From a virus (Duplodnaviria > Caudoviricetes), in IMG/VR virus record IMGVR_UViG_3300028393_000068, positions 1-61,582 of that record: a stretch of DNA of 61,582 nucleotides; one strand, written 5' to 3'. A program made the translations under genes and the position numbers. Below are positions 8,916-18,771 of the stretch, piece after piece; the first letter of the stretch is position 1, and each line of letters begins with the position of its first letter. The notes beneath the pieces were generated by a model that saw only the letters and a list, made by a program, of their open reading frames with translations, searched no databases and had not been told where the DNA came from.

Positions 8916-9165
8916 GAAAAAAGGCCCCTCACTAGCTATTGGTCGCGGCGAGAAGTTGCCCGTATCCAAAGGTGCGGGGCTGACTGCCAAAGGCCGCGCT
9001 AAGTACAACGCTGCTACGGGTAGTAACCTGAAGGCTCCACAGCCACAAGGCGGCAAGCGCAAGGACTCGTTCTGTGCACGCATGTCAGGTATGCCCGGCC
9101 CCATGAAAGACGAGAAGGGTAAGCCCACCCGTAAGGCGGCTGCCCTTGCAAGATGGAAATGTTGA
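8908..9165 (+). CDS. Small basic protein (DUF6321-like)
   Basis: GLTAKGRAKYN, NLKAP, RKDSFCARM motifs; start reassigned to 8908. Confidence 0.7.
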   Translation: MAKKKGPSLAIGRGEKLPVSKGAGLTAKGRAKYNAATGSNLKAPQPQGGKRKDSFCARMSGMPGPMKDEKGKPTRKAAALARWKC

Positions 9166-9166
9166 T

Positions 9167-9373
9167 ATGACTACAAACTCAGACACAATTAAAAGCACGC
9201 TGGATATTGTTTCAGTGTTTGCAGCCATAGGATCGTTTTTGGAAATGTTTACCCCAATTTTTGGTTTGATTGGCGCAATCTGGACATTGATGCGAATCGC
9301 CGAAATGATTGCGGGTAAACCCTTTGCTGAAATAATCCGCAAGAAGAAGGCTGGCGATGCCATCGACCAGTAA
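9167..9373 (+). CDS. Small membrane protein
   Basis: Hydrophobic segments; tightly packed in the operon. Confidence 0.55.
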   Translation: MTTNSDTIKSTLDIVSVFAAIGSFLEMFTPIFGLIGAIWTLMRIAEMIAGKPFAEIIRKKKAGDAIDQ

Positions 9374-9821
9374 AAAACAACACAACTTCATGGCAGCAAT
9401 AGCGCACAACCCTGCGTTTGCCAAGAAGGTAGGAATACCGCAAAGCGTTGGAAAAGATTTCAACGAAGCGGATAAGGGTAAGAAGTTTGGTAAGGGCGGG
9501 GAAACTCGTCCAGATGTGCAAGGTATCAACAAGCCTAAAACCGATCACGGAAAAATGGCTTTTTTTAAAGAAGGTGGTAATACTATGGCTTCCAAAATGA
9601 ATCCCGGCTTCATGGCAATGATGGCTAAGAAAAAAGGCGCACAAGAAGGCTCTAAGGCTGACATGGCGTCAGACAAAAAGCAAATGATGGGCATGAAAAA
9701 AGGCGGCATGAAAAAGATGGCCAATGGTGGCTCAGCTTCTTCCCGCGCTGATGGTGTTGCTACAAAAGGCAAAACCAAAGGCACAATGATTGCCATGAAC
9801 AAGGGCGGCAAGACCTGCTAA
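9357..9821 (+). CDS. Lys/Met-rich small protein with five [MF]xxGG motifs
   Basis: MPSTSKKQHNFMAAIAH N-terminus; FGKGG, FKEGG, MKKGG, MANGG, MNKGG. Confidence 0.75.
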   Translation: MPSTSKKQHNFMAAIAHNPAFAKKVGIPQSVGKDFNEADKGKKFGKGGETRPDVQGINKPKTDHGKMAFFKEGGNTMASKMNPGFMAMMAKKKGAQEGSKADMASDKKQMMGMKKGGMKKMANGGSASSRADGVATKGKTKGTMIAMNKGGKTC

Positions 9822-9825
9822 GACC

Positions 9826-10101
9826 ATGATGGCCAGCCGTGGAATGGGGGACATCTCCCCCTCTAAAATGCCCAAGGGCGTCAAGAAAGCCCGGCGGGAC
9901 GACACTGACTTCACCCAGTACAAAGAGGGTGGGAAGGTGAATGCGGCTGGCAATTACACAAAGCCAAGTCTTCGCAAGAAGATTGTGTCTCAAGTAAAGT
10001 CAGCAGCCACGCAAGGTACCGGTGCAGGTCTTTGGAGTGCCCGAAAAGCTCAGCTTGTTGCCAAGAAGTACAAGGCGGCAGGCGGGGGTTACCGAGATTG
10101 A
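9826..10101 (+). CDS. Small basic protein (DUF5872-like N part)
   Basis: NYTKPSLRKKI...WSARKAQLVAKKYKAAGGGY. Confidence 0.7.
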   Translation: MMASRGMGDISPSKMPKGVKKARRDDTDFTQYKEGGKVNAAGNYTKPSLRKKIVSQVKSAATQGTGAGLWSARKAQLVAKKYKAAGGGYRD

Positions 10102-10331
10102 AAGCGCCTCAAAAATCATTGAAGGATTGGGGCGACCAAAAATGGGGAACCAAAAGTGGTAAAAAATCTTCTGACACAGGTGAGCGATACCTTCCAAAAG
10201 CTGCGATCAAAAGTCTCAGCGCTAGTGAGTACGCTGCGACGACCAAAGCCAAGCGAGCCGGAAAAGCCGCAGGCAAACAATTCGTAGCACAACCCAAAAC
10301 GATTGCAAAGAAAACGGCGGGGTTTAGATAA
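10098..10331 (+). CDS. Small basic protein (DUF5872-like C part)
   Basis: TTG start overlapping the upstream TGA; QKSLKDWGDQKW and ERYLP motifs. Confidence 0.65.
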   Translation: MKAPQKSLKDWGDQKWGTKSGKKSSDTGERYLPKAAIKSLSASEYAATTKAKRAGKAAGKQFVAQPKTIAKKTAGFR

Positions 10332-10507
10332 TGGCTACCAAAAACTTTATTCAAAACGCAATCAAGAAGCCCGGTGCATTACGCGCATCGTTGGGCGTTA
10401 AAGCCGGTGAAAAGATTCCTGCAAAGAAGCTAAACGCCGCTGCAAAACAACCCGGTAAAATGGGGCAGCGTGCGCGTTTGGCTAAAACTCTTAAGAGCTT
10501 TAAATGA
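10331..10507 (+). CDS. 58-aa basic protein (not in ORF track)
   Basis: MATKNFIQNAIKKPGALRASLGVKAGEKIPAKKL...RARLAKTLKSFK; TAATG and ATGA overlaps on either side. Confidence 0.75.
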   Translation: MATKNFIQNAIKKPGALRASLGVKAGEKIPAKKLNAAAKQPGKMGQRARLAKTLKSFK

Positions 10508-11436
10508 CCACTTCAGGAACCGCAGCGTTTAACCTTGACCTTACTGAGTTGGTTGAGGAAGCATTTGAACGTGCCGGTTCGGAGTTGCGTACGGGCTACG
10601 ACTTACGTACAGCCCGTCGTTCATTGAATTTAATGTTTGCTGATTGGGCAAACCGCGGTGTCAACATGTGGACGTTTGAGCAGGGTACGATTAACCTGAC
10701 TCCGGGTTTGAACACCTACGCGCTTCCCGTTGATACGGTGGATTTGCTTGAGCATGTGATTCGCACGGGCGCGGGTAGCGCGTCCACACAAGCTGACCTG
10801 ACCATCACGCGTATTAGTGTTTCTACCTATGCCACGATCCCCAACAAACTGCAACAAGCCAGACCAATTCAGGTGTGGTATCAGCGTTTGGATGGTCAAA
10901 CTTCATCGATTGGCACCACGCTTAACGGCGGGATCACAGCCACAGACACCACAATCACACTAACTTCCGTTGCAGGACTTCCAGCTACAGGATTTGTACA
11001 GATTGATACCGGAGCTTTAACAGAGACTATCCAGTACGGCTACATCTCTGGCAACGTGCTTTACAACTGTTTCCGTGGGCAGAATGGCACAACCGCTACA
11101 GCACACTCAACAGGCGTGGCTGTATACACGCAGAATCTTCCCTCTGTGACCCTTTGGCCAACACCAGACAACAGTACAACGTATCAGTTCGTTTACTGGC
11201 GCATGCGCCGTATTGATGATGCTGGCGGGGGTGTACGCACGATGGATGTACCTTTCCGCTTCCTGCCCTGTATGGTGGCAGGCTTGGCCTATTACTTGGC
11301 TCTTAAGATTGAAGGTGGCGCTGAGCGCCTACCCGTCTTGAAACAACAGTACGATGAAGCTTGGCAGTTGGCTTCTGATGAAGATCGTGAAAAGGCTTCA
11401 GTTCGGTTTGTTCCACGTCAGATGTACATAAACTAG
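10504..11436 (+). CDS. Putative head-tail adaptor (P22 gp4-like) with inserted beta domain
   Basis: ARRSLNLMFADWAN, LWPTPD, MVAGLAYYLA motifs. Confidence 0.65.
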   Translation: MTTSGTAAFNLDLTELVEEAFERAGSELRTGYDLRTARRSLNLMFADWANRGVNMWTFEQGTINLTPGLNTYALPVDTVDLLEHVIRTGAGSASTQADLTITRISVSTYATIPNKLQQARPIQVWYQRLDGQTSSIGTTLNGGITATDTTITLTSVAGLPATGFVQIDTGALTETIQYGYISGNVLYNCFRGQNGTTATAHSTGVAVYTQNLPSVTLWPTPDNSTTYQFVYWRMRRIDDAGGGVRTMDVPFRFLPCMVAGLAYYLALKIEGGAERLPVLKQQYDEAWQLASDEDREKASVRFVPRQMYIN

Positions 11437-11446
11437 CGGCACGTAA

Positions 11447-11836
11447 ATGGGCAATCGCTTTGCATCCGGTAAGAACAGTATCGCCATGTGCGATAGGTGT
11501 GGCCAACAGTTTAAATTAACGGCTTTGAAAAAAGAAGTTATCAAGACAAAGCTTTACAATTTGATGGTGTGCCCAGTGTGTTGGGATCCAGATCAGCCGC
11601 AGTTGCAGTTGGGTATGTACCCAGTGGATGATCCGCAGGCAGTGCGTGACCCGCGCAAGGACACGACGTACGTCACGGCAGGGGTAAGCGCTACTGGCAG
11701 TCTGACTGGCGGTTCGCGGGATGTTCAGTGGGGATGGAACCCCGTTGGTGGGTCGGTTAATTTTGATGCAGTTTTGACGCCAAACTACTTGGTGGCAACG
11801 GCGTTTGTTGGTACAGTTACGGTAACAGTTTCATAG
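11447..11836 (+). CDS. Zn-finger-containing conserved phage protein
   Basis: CDRCG...CPVCWDPDQPQL. Confidence 0.7.
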   Translation: MGNRFASGKNSIAMCDRCGQQFKLTALKKEVIKTKLYNLMVCPVCWDPDQPQLQLGMYPVDDPQAVRDPRKDTTYVTAGVSATGSLTGGSRDVQWGWNPVGGSVNFDAVLTPNYLVATAFVGTVTVTVS

Positions 11837-11845
11837 GAGCTTAAT

Positions 11846-12040
11846 ATGGCAAAAGAAGACATGAAGTCAGACAAGAAGCAAGACGTTGCTCTGATTAAAA
11901 AAGCGTTCAAGCAGCATGACTCGCAAGAACACAAGGGCGGTAAAGGCACAGCTTTGAAATTAAAAAAAGGTGGCCCCACGTCTGAAGACCGCATGCGTTT
12001 GGGACGTAACTTGTCTCGTGCTGCAAACCAAGGGAAATAA
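11846..12040 (+). CDS. Small basic protein
   Basis: SD AGGAG; LKKGG motif. Confidence 0.65.
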   Translation: MAKEDMKSDKKQDVALIKKAFKQHDSQEHKGGKGTALKLKKGGPTSEDRMRLGRNLSRAANQGK

Positions 12041-12041
12041 T

Positions 12042-12287
12042 ATGGTCAAGGTTAACAATTTACCAGCTTCTGCATACGCCAAGCCCCACACCATGAGTGG
12101 TGCGCCTGTAGGCATCTCTGAGAACCCCGGTTCTGGCGTCAATCGCAGTAAAGCTGACACCGTTGATATGAGCATTGGCAATATCAGCAAATCTGCGGGC
12201 AACGAAATTGTGAAGACATCTGGTATTGTCACCCGCGGTAACGGTGCGGCGACCAAGGGAATTACGGCCAGAGGCCCGATGGCATGA
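12042..12287 (+). CDS. Small conserved protein
   Basis: C-terminal RGNGAATKG...RGPMA; start reassigned to 12042. Confidence 0.6.
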   Translation: MVKVNNLPASAYAKPHTMSGAPVGISENPGSGVNRSKADTVDMSIGNISKSAGNEIVKTSGIVTRGNGAATKGITARGPMA

Positions 12288-12940
12288 ATTACGCCGCACT
12301 CAGCACTGCTATCCAAGCCTACACGGAGAATACAGAAGCGAATTTTGTCGCTGAGATACCCGTGTTCGTTCAGCAGGCTGAGCAGCGTATTTACAACAAC
12401 GTCCAGTTCCCGTCTATTCGCAAGAATGTAACGGGTGTAATGTCTACCAATAACAAGTATCTTGCTTGCCCTAATGACTTCTTGGCTGTCTATTCAATGG
12501 CAGTTATTGACGGTGATGGTAACTACGAGTATTTGTTAAACAAAGATGTTAACTTTATTCGACAAGCCTACCCACTACCAACGGACACGGCTATCCCAAG
12601 GTATTACGCTTTGTTTGGCCCACAGTCTACCAACGCGGCTGAGTTATCTTTTATTATTGGCCCAACACCTAATGCCAATTACAACGTTGAGTTGCATTAC
12701 TACTTCTACCCAGAGTCAATTGTGACTGCGGGTACAACATGGCTGGGTGACAACTTTGACTCTGTGCTGCTATACGGTTCGTTGGTTGAGGCTTACACCT
12801 ACATGAAGGGTGAAGCCGACATAATGGGCTTGTACAACGGTAAGTATCAGGAAGCATTAGCGTTGGCTAAACGTTTGGGCGATGGTATGGAGCGTCAAGA
12901 CGCTTATCGTTCTGGTCAGTTCCGTCAGAAGGTGACTTGA
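12284..12940 (+). CDS. Putative tail adaptor (T7 gp11/tubular A-like)
   Basis: FVQQAEQRI, PRYYA, GPTP, LLYGSLVEAY motifs. Confidence 0.65.
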   Translation: MNYAALSTAIQAYTENTEANFVAEIPVFVQQAEQRIYNNVQFPSIRKNVTGVMSTNNKYLACPNDFLAVYSMAVIDGDGNYEYLLNKDVNFIRQAYPLPTDTAIPRYYALFGPQSTNAAELSFIIGPTPNANYNVELHYYFYPESIVTAGTTWLGDNFDSVLLYGSLVEAYTYMKGEADIMGLYNGKYQEALALAKRLGDGMERQDAYRSGQFRQKVT

Positions 12941-12941
12941 T

Positions 12942-13361
12942 ATGGCAATTGTTCAGACTCAAACCACTAGCTTCAAAGCGCAGTTGTATCAAGGTATTCA
13001 TGACCTAACGACTGACGTTATCAAGATTGCCCTGTACACAGCCAACGCAGATTTAAACGCCGATACTACTGTGTACAGCACGACCAATGAAGTGGCGGCT
13101 ACGGGTACGTACGCGCTTGGTGGTTCACAACTGACACCAATTACAGTCAGCACTTCTGGTTATACAGCGTATGTAAGTTTTCCTAATGTTGCTTGGACTG
13201 CGGCAATTACGGCCAGATGTGCTTTGATTTATAACTCTAGTAAAGGCAGCAAAGCAATTGCTGTATTAGACTTTGGTTCTGATAAAACATCTACCACCAC
13301 GTTCACCATCACAATGCCAACTAACGGCGCAACCACTTCGTTAATTCGTTCTTCTAACTAA
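12942..13361 (+). CDS. Putative tail structural protein
   Basis: KIALYT, ARCALIYN, VLDFGSDK motifs. Confidence 0.6.
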   Translation: MAIVQTQTTSFKAQLYQGIHDLTTDVIKIALYTANADLNADTTVYSTTNEVAATGTYALGGSQLTPITVSTSGYTAYVSFPNVAWTAAITARCALIYNSSKGSKAIAVLDFGSDKTSTTTFTITMPTNGATTSLIRSSN

Positions 13362-13370
13362 GGAGTCACC

Positions 13371-13934
13371 ATGACTATCGACAAAATGACCGCCACCGAC
13401 ATGGTGCAAGCCACAACCAAATACAACACAATGCCTGAAGACACGATGGCTATCCACGGTACATACCACGCTGTTTGCTACAGCGTAGACGGTTTTGTTA
13501 AATGGTCTGATGACATTGAAAACTTGGTCACTACAGTAGGCAAGAACTTTACGCTGGACACCACGCTGGGTAATACCGCTGGCGGCGCAGTTGTAATGGG
13601 TCTTAAAGGCACAGGTACAGCAGTTGTAGCTGATACGCAAGCCTCACACGCCACATGGCTGGAAGTGGGTTTAGCTAACGCTCCTACATACTCAGGCAAC
13701 CGCCCTACGCCGTCATTTAGCGCGGCTTCCGCTGGTAGCAAGGCCACATCCTCTGCGGTGTCGTTCTCTATCACCAGCACCGGCACTGTGGCCGGATGTT
13801 TTATTAACATTGGTGGTAGCGCGACTAAAGACAATACAACTGGCACATTGTTCTCTGCTGGAGACTTTTCTAGTTCTAAGTCTGTTGTGTCTGGCGATAC
13901 CATCGCTGTTACTTACACTGCTACATTGACCTAA
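13371..13934 (+). CDS. Putative tail structural protein
   Basis: NLVTTVGKN...GTLFSAGDF...GDTIAVTY. Confidence 0.6.
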   Translation: MTIDKMTATDMVQATTKYNTMPEDTMAIHGTYHAVCYSVDGFVKWSDDIENLVTTVGKNFTLDTTLGNTAGGAVVMGLKGTGTAVVADTQASHATWLEVGLANAPTYSGNRPTPSFSAASAGSKATSSAVSFSITSTGTVAGCFINIGGSATKDNTTGTLFSAGDFSSSKSVVSGDTIAVTYTATLT

Positions 13935-13935
13935 A

Positions 13936-14955
13936 ATGGCTGGAGCCGCTTGGGGTGATAATGCTTGGGGCGACTTAGGTTGGGGTGGAGTTACCACCTA
14001 CGAAGAAAGCGTTACTGAGTATTTGACCCCAGCTACGGCTTGGGGGGTTGGCACTTGGGGAACTGATCCTTGGGGCGGTACAGTCCCTATGTTTGAAACT
14101 CAAACTGTTGCGTTTACTGCAAATGCGTCAATCACAGAGACAGCGGCTATAGCTGATGCTCAATCGGCAATAACAGCATTCTCGGGATTGGTCATTGAAA
14201 CTGCGGCTATATCTGAAACAAATGCGGCAACAACTGCCTATACAAGCACGGTTGCGGATAACTTGGCTACCTCTACTACAGAGTCAGCTTCAGCCACATT
14301 CCCGGTATCACTTACAGAAACATCGGCTACATCAACAACTGAGGCAGTGGCGGCAACCTTTGCTAAGTCAATTACTGAGACTGCGGCAACTTCTACGACA
14401 GAAGCTGTGGCGGCTACGTTTGCTAGAAGTGTTGCTGAAACAGCGGCATTGACGGATGCAAATACAGCAACAACGGCCTATACGACCACGGTAGCAGATT
14501 CGGTAGTAACAAGTACGGTGGAATCTGTGCGGGTTGACTATACTGCTTCAGTCACGGAAACCAATCCAATTGTTACGGTTGAGCAGGCTGTAGCCACGTT
14601 CTTAGGCAGTATTACCGAGTCAATGGCTATATCAGAACAGCAGTTGTTTAGCTGGTTGGCTTCTATTATTGAGACAATGGCTACGTCTGACGCTACAACG
14701 GTTGGTACGTATTACACAGAATTTATTGCAGAGCTTGCGGCTATTGCGGATAATCCACAGGCGGCTACTGCATATAAGGTCAGCAGGTCTGAAACGGCGG
14801 CAATAACAGAAACAAATAGTGGACGATTCTTGTGGGAAATTATTGATGACACACAAGGCGTTACATGGCAGAATATCAGCAATCCACAAACACCGGGCTG
14901 GGCTGATGTGAGTAACACCGAAACGCCCGGTTGGACAGTAATTTCTACTCAGTAG
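13936..14955 (+). CDS. Fibre-like protein with 20-aa tandem repeats
   Basis: About 12 repeats of [FY]xxS[IV]xET...; N-terminal WGxxxWGxxxWG twice. Confidence 0.7.
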   Translation: MAGAAWGDNAWGDLGWGGVTTYEESVTEYLTPATAWGVGTWGTDPWGGTVPMFETQTVAFTANASITETAAIADAQSAITAFSGLVIETAAISETNAATTAYTSTVADNLATSTTESASATFPVSLTETSATSTTEAVAATFAKSITETAATSTTEAVAATFARSVAETAALTDANTATTAYTTTVADSVVTSTVESVRVDYTASVTETNPIVTVEQAVATFLGSITESMAISEQQLFSWLASIIETMATSDATTVGTYYTEFIAELAAIADNPQAATAYKVSRSETAAITETNSGRFLWEIIDDTQGVTWQNISNPQTPGWADVSNTETPGWTVISTQ

Positions 14956-14964
14956 GAGCAATAG

Positions 14965-15780
14965 ATGGCAAATACATCGCTAATCGGACTAACCCTCCCG
15001 GCAACCGGCACATTGTCAGGTCAGTGGGGCGACACAGTTAACAACGCTATCTCACAGATTATTGACGTTGCGGTAGCTGGTACTCAGACAATTTCTACTG
15101 ATGCAGACATTACGCTGACCCTAACCACGGGTACATACGCAAGTACGGGCCTGACGGCTAATAGCTCGCAGTACGCAGTAATTCTGTGGACAGCCGCAGG
15201 CACGGTCACTCGCACAATTACAGTCCCTGCCCAGTCTAAAACCTACGTGGTAATTAACAAAAGCAGTACCCAATCAATTATTGTTATAGGTGCAACTGGC
15301 ACAGGCGTTACTGTGGTTGCAGGTACACGGGCTATCGTAGCTTGGGACGGCACTAACTTTGTTAATGTAGGCGGTGGTTCTGCGGCAGGCTCTAACACGC
15401 AGGTTCAGTTCAACAGTTCTGGTGCATTTGGTGCTTCTTCTGCTTTGACATGGGATGGAACATCTCTATCAGCAACCAAGTTTGCAGGTGCTTTAAACGG
15501 TACTGTAGGTGCGACCACTCCTGCGGCGGGTGCGTTTACTACTCTATCGGCTACAACTGCACTCCCTAACACATCAGGCGGTACAGGACAAAACAGTGCG
15601 TTTACACAGTATGGTGTAACTTATGCCGCTACTACAACCACACTAGCAACTACAGCGGCTGGAACAGCAGGGTATGTATTAACTGCTAATTCTGGCGCAG
15701 CACCAACTTTCCAAGCACCGGCATCTTCTGGCGTATCACAAGCCAAGGCCACCATGATTAACTTCATCTTTAGTATTTAA
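14965..15780 (+). CDS. Tail fibre protein (proximal)
   Basis: GQWGDTVN N-terminus; GSNTQVQFN and GTAGYVLTAN fibre motifs. Confidence 0.7.
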   Translation: MANTSLIGLTLPATGTLSGQWGDTVNNAISQIIDVAVAGTQTISTDADITLTLTTGTYASTGLTANSSQYAVILWTAAGTVTRTITVPAQSKTYVVINKSSTQSIIVIGATGTGVTVVAGTRAIVAWDGTNFVNVGGGSAAGSNTQVQFNSSGAFGASSALTWDGTSLSATKFAGALNGTVGATTPAAGAFTTLSATTALPNTSGGTGQNSAFTQYGVTYAATTTTLATTAAGTAGYVLTANSGAAPTFQAPASSGVSQAKATMINFIFSI

Positions 15781-15789
15781 GGAACCAAC

Positions 15790-16164
15790 ATGGCAAATCC
15801 TAACCTCTTAGCCGCGACCACAGCCGCTGGCACAAGTACATACAACACGCCCGGAACGACAGCGGCTACGGTGTTAATTACCAATGCGGCTTCTAGCGGT
15901 ACGATTATAAAAATCAACCAGATTGTTGCGGCTAATGTAAATGGTTCTGCGGCAGTCAATGCTACGGTATCTTTAAATAGCGCGGCGGCGGGTGGCGGTA
16001 CAGCCTACCCAATTATCTCGGCGGTTTCTGTGCCACAGAACGCATCAGTCATTATTGTTGATAAAACATCGGCTATTTATCTGATGGAAAATCAATCAAT
16101 TACGGTGACATCGGGCACATCAAGCGGCATCACTTACACAGCCAGCTACGAAATTATCAGCTAA
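15790..16164 (+). CDS. Tail fibre-associated beta protein
   Basis: MANPNL...SYEIIS; precedes the adhesin array. Confidence 0.6.
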   Translation: MANPNLLAATTAAGTSTYNTPGTTAATVLITNAASSGTIIKINQIVAANVNGSAAVNATVSLNSAAAGGGTAYPIISAVSVPQNASVIIVDKTSAIYLMENQSITVTSGTSSGITYTASYEIIS

Positions 16165-16176
16165 CCGGAGGCAATC

Positions 16177-17064
16177 ATGTCTCTTAGTAAAGTTGGCGGG
16201 ATTATCTCAGCCGGTTTAAACGGCATTAACTACCCTGTCACAGCGGTGGAATACTTATGTGTGGCTGGCGGGGGTGGGGGTGGCGCAAGAAATGCGGGCG
16301 GTTATGCGGCAGGTGGCGGCGGTGGCGCTGGAGGTCTTTTAACTGCTACGGGATTTGCTGTAACTATTGGCTCAAGCATTACAGTGACTGTTGGTGCTGG
16401 CGGTGCGGCAGATACAAGCGGAGTTAATTCTTCTATTGCTGGCGGTACAACCATAACGTCTACTGGTGGTGGATATGGCGCTGATTACGCAGGCGGCTAC
16501 AGACAAGCGGCAAATGGTGGTTCTGGTGGCGGTGGCGGTGGCGCTAATTCTTACCCAACAGGGGGGACAGGAACTGCTGGGCAAGGAAATGCTGGTGGAA
16601 CTGCTACGGGTGCGGCCAGCGATAATGGTGCTGGTGGCGGTGGTGCAGGTTCAGTAGGTTTGCCAAATACAGCATCTACTGGTGGTAATGGCGGCACAGG
16701 CATTGTGTCTAGCATTAGCGGCTCTGCTGTTCAATACGCTGGCGGTGGTGGTGGCGGGGTTTATACGTCAGGAACTTATTTTGGTGGATTAGGCGGTGGT
16801 GGTGGCGGTGGAAACGGGGGAACTGCGGCTTCAGGGTCTGCCGCTGTAGGGTTTACTGGAATGGCTAATACTGGTGGAGGTGCTGGTGCTTCTTCAGGTA
16901 ACGCTAGTGCTACAGCAGGAGCCGCAGGCGGCTCTGGAATCGTAATACTCCGTTATCCCTCATATTTAGCCCCTGCTACATCAACAACAGGCTCACCAGA
17001 AACATACATCGCTGGCGCATGGCGTGTGTACAGATTTGTAGCCAGCGGCACAATTACATTCTGA
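16177..17064 (+). CDS. Glycine-rich adhesin-like protein A (1 domain)
   Basis: VEYLCVAGGGG...GGSGIVILRY...SGTITF. Confidence 0.75.
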   Translation: MSLSKVGGIISAGLNGINYPVTAVEYLCVAGGGGGGARNAGGYAAGGGGGAGGLLTATGFAVTIGSSITVTVGAGGAADTSGVNSSIAGGTTITSTGGGYGADYAGGYRQAANGGSGGGGGGANSYPTGGTGTAGQGNAGGTATGAASDNGAGGGGAGSVGLPNTASTGGNGGTGIVSSISGSAVQYAGGGGGGVYTSGTYFGGLGGGGGGGNGGTAASGSAAVGFTGMANTGGGAGASSGNASATAGAAGGSGIVILRYPSYLAPATSTTGSPETYIAGAWRVYRFVASGTITF

Positions 17065-17070
17065 GGATAT

Positions 17071-18762
17071 ATGGCACAAGGTCTTTTTACACTCAGACAA
17101 GTTAACCAAGCCATTCGTCAAGGCGCATGGTCAGCATTTAATCCACCTCAATTTGTAGAGTATCTTTGCGTTGCTGGTGGTGGTGGCGGTGGTGGGACTA
17201 ACAATGCTGGTGGAGGTGGTGCGGGAGGTTTGTTAACAGGGATTCTTCCTGTAACTGCGGGTGCAACTCTAACTGTGACTGTAGGCGGTGGCGGCCCCGG
17301 CACATCAGGTACTACACCTGCAACAAATGGAGATAACTCTGTTTTTTCAACCATTACTGCTACGGGCGGGGGTGGCGGTTGCGGCGGTAATTCACTTACT
17401 AATATAGGTGCTAGTGGCGGTTCGGGTGGCGGTTCGGGATATGCAACTATTTCTTCTGCTGGTCTTGGAATAACGGGACAAGGAAATAATGGTGGCATTG
17501 GAAACAACGCTGGAGCGCCAGATTATTCTGGTGGTGGTGGTGGTGGGGCTGGAACAATTGGAATAAATGGTGTTGCTTCTGGTGGTGGTGACGGCGGCGC
17601 AGGAATTGCATCAGCGATCACTGGCACAGTAGTTACTTATGCTGGTGGAGGTGGTGCTGGAACTCAAGTTACCCCTACGTCGGCTGGTGGCGTTGGTGGC
17701 GGTGGTATTGGCGGTATATCAACGGTTTCTCCATCTGCCCCAACAGCAGGAGCGGCAAACACTGGTGGCGGCGGTGGCGGTGGTACTCAAGGCGGCGGCA
17801 CTACAGGTGGCGCAGGCGGTTCAGGCATCGTAGTAGTCAGATACCCCGGCTCTGTGCAGTTTTACACTGGTGGTAGTGTTACTTCTACAGGCAATTATAT
17901 TGTTCACACATTTACATCTTCAGGAACTTTGGCTCCTACAACCCCTTCAAATGCAGGGTTTAACGGATTTATAGTTGTTGGCGGTGGCGGTGGTTCTGGT
18001 GATACTGGCGCATACCCTCCAGATGGCGGTGGTGGCGGTGGCGGAGCAGGGGGCGCTCTTATTTACACCAACTACACTTGGTCTGGTACATACACAGTTA
18101 CCATAGGTGCTGGCGGTGCGGCCCGTACAAGCGGAACAAATACAACTTTTGTAACTGGCGCTACAACATGGACTTCTTATGGCGGTGGTAAGGGCGCTCA
18201 AAACTCTACATTTAATGCTGGTTCTGGTGGTTCAGGCGGTGGTGGTGCGGCTGGTACAATTACAGATTTTGGTACTTCTACACAAACCACACAATCTGGC
18301 GCTACAGGTTACGGGAACTCTGGTGGTATTGCCGCCCAGTCACCATATCGCGCTGGCGGTGGTGGTGGCGCTTTAGGTGCTGGTCAATCTGGAAACAATG
18401 GAACTACTATTTCAGGCTACGGCGGAACGGGCATTCAATTCCCGCCCGGTACAGCTAATTACTATGCTGGAGGAGGCGGTGGTGGTGGTTGGGGTAATGT
18501 TACAACTGGAGGTGCTGGTGGATTGGGCGGTGGGGGCGCAGGTGCAACTGTAGGTACAGGCACGGCTGGAACCGTTAATACTGGTGGTGGTGCTGGAGGC
18601 GGTGGATACATTTCTTCAGGAGGAGCCGCCGCTGGTGGTTCTGGAGTTGTTATTATTTGCTCAAGCACTGCGGCATCTAGCACAACTGGTTCTCCAGCAA
18701 TATCATCAAATGGTAGCAACTATGTCTACACATTTACAGGCTCTGGAACAATCACCTTCTAA
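17071..18762 (+). CDS. Glycine-rich adhesin-like protein B (2 domains)
   Basis: Two polyglycine domains, each closed by GGSG[IV]V[VI]. Confidence 0.75.
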   Translation: MAQGLFTLRQVNQAIRQGAWSAFNPPQFVEYLCVAGGGGGGGTNNAGGGGAGGLLTGILPVTAGATLTVTVGGGGPGTSGTTPATNGDNSVFSTITATGGGGGCGGNSLTNIGASGGSGGGSGYATISSAGLGITGQGNNGGIGNNAGAPDYSGGGGGGAGTIGINGVASGGGDGGAGIASAITGTVVTYAGGGGAGTQVTPTSAGGVGGGGIGGISTVSPSAPTAGAANTGGGGGGGTQGGGTTGGAGGSGIVVVRYPGSVQFYTGGSVTSTGNYIVHTFTSSGTLAPTTPSNAGFNGFIVVGGGGGSGDTGAYPPDGGGGGGGAGGALIYTNYTWSGTYTVTIGAGGAARTSGTNTTFVTGATTWTSYGGGKGAQNSTFNAGSGGSGGGGAAGTITDFGTSTQTTQSGATGYGNSGGIAAQSPYRAGGGGGALGAGQSGNNGTTISGYGGTGIQFPPGTANYYAGGGGGGGWGNVTTGGAGGLGGGGAGATVGTGTAGTVNTGGGAGGGGYISSGGAAAGGSGVVIICSSTAASSTTGSPAISSNGSNYVYTFTGSGTITF

Positions 18763-18771
18763 GGACAAAGC

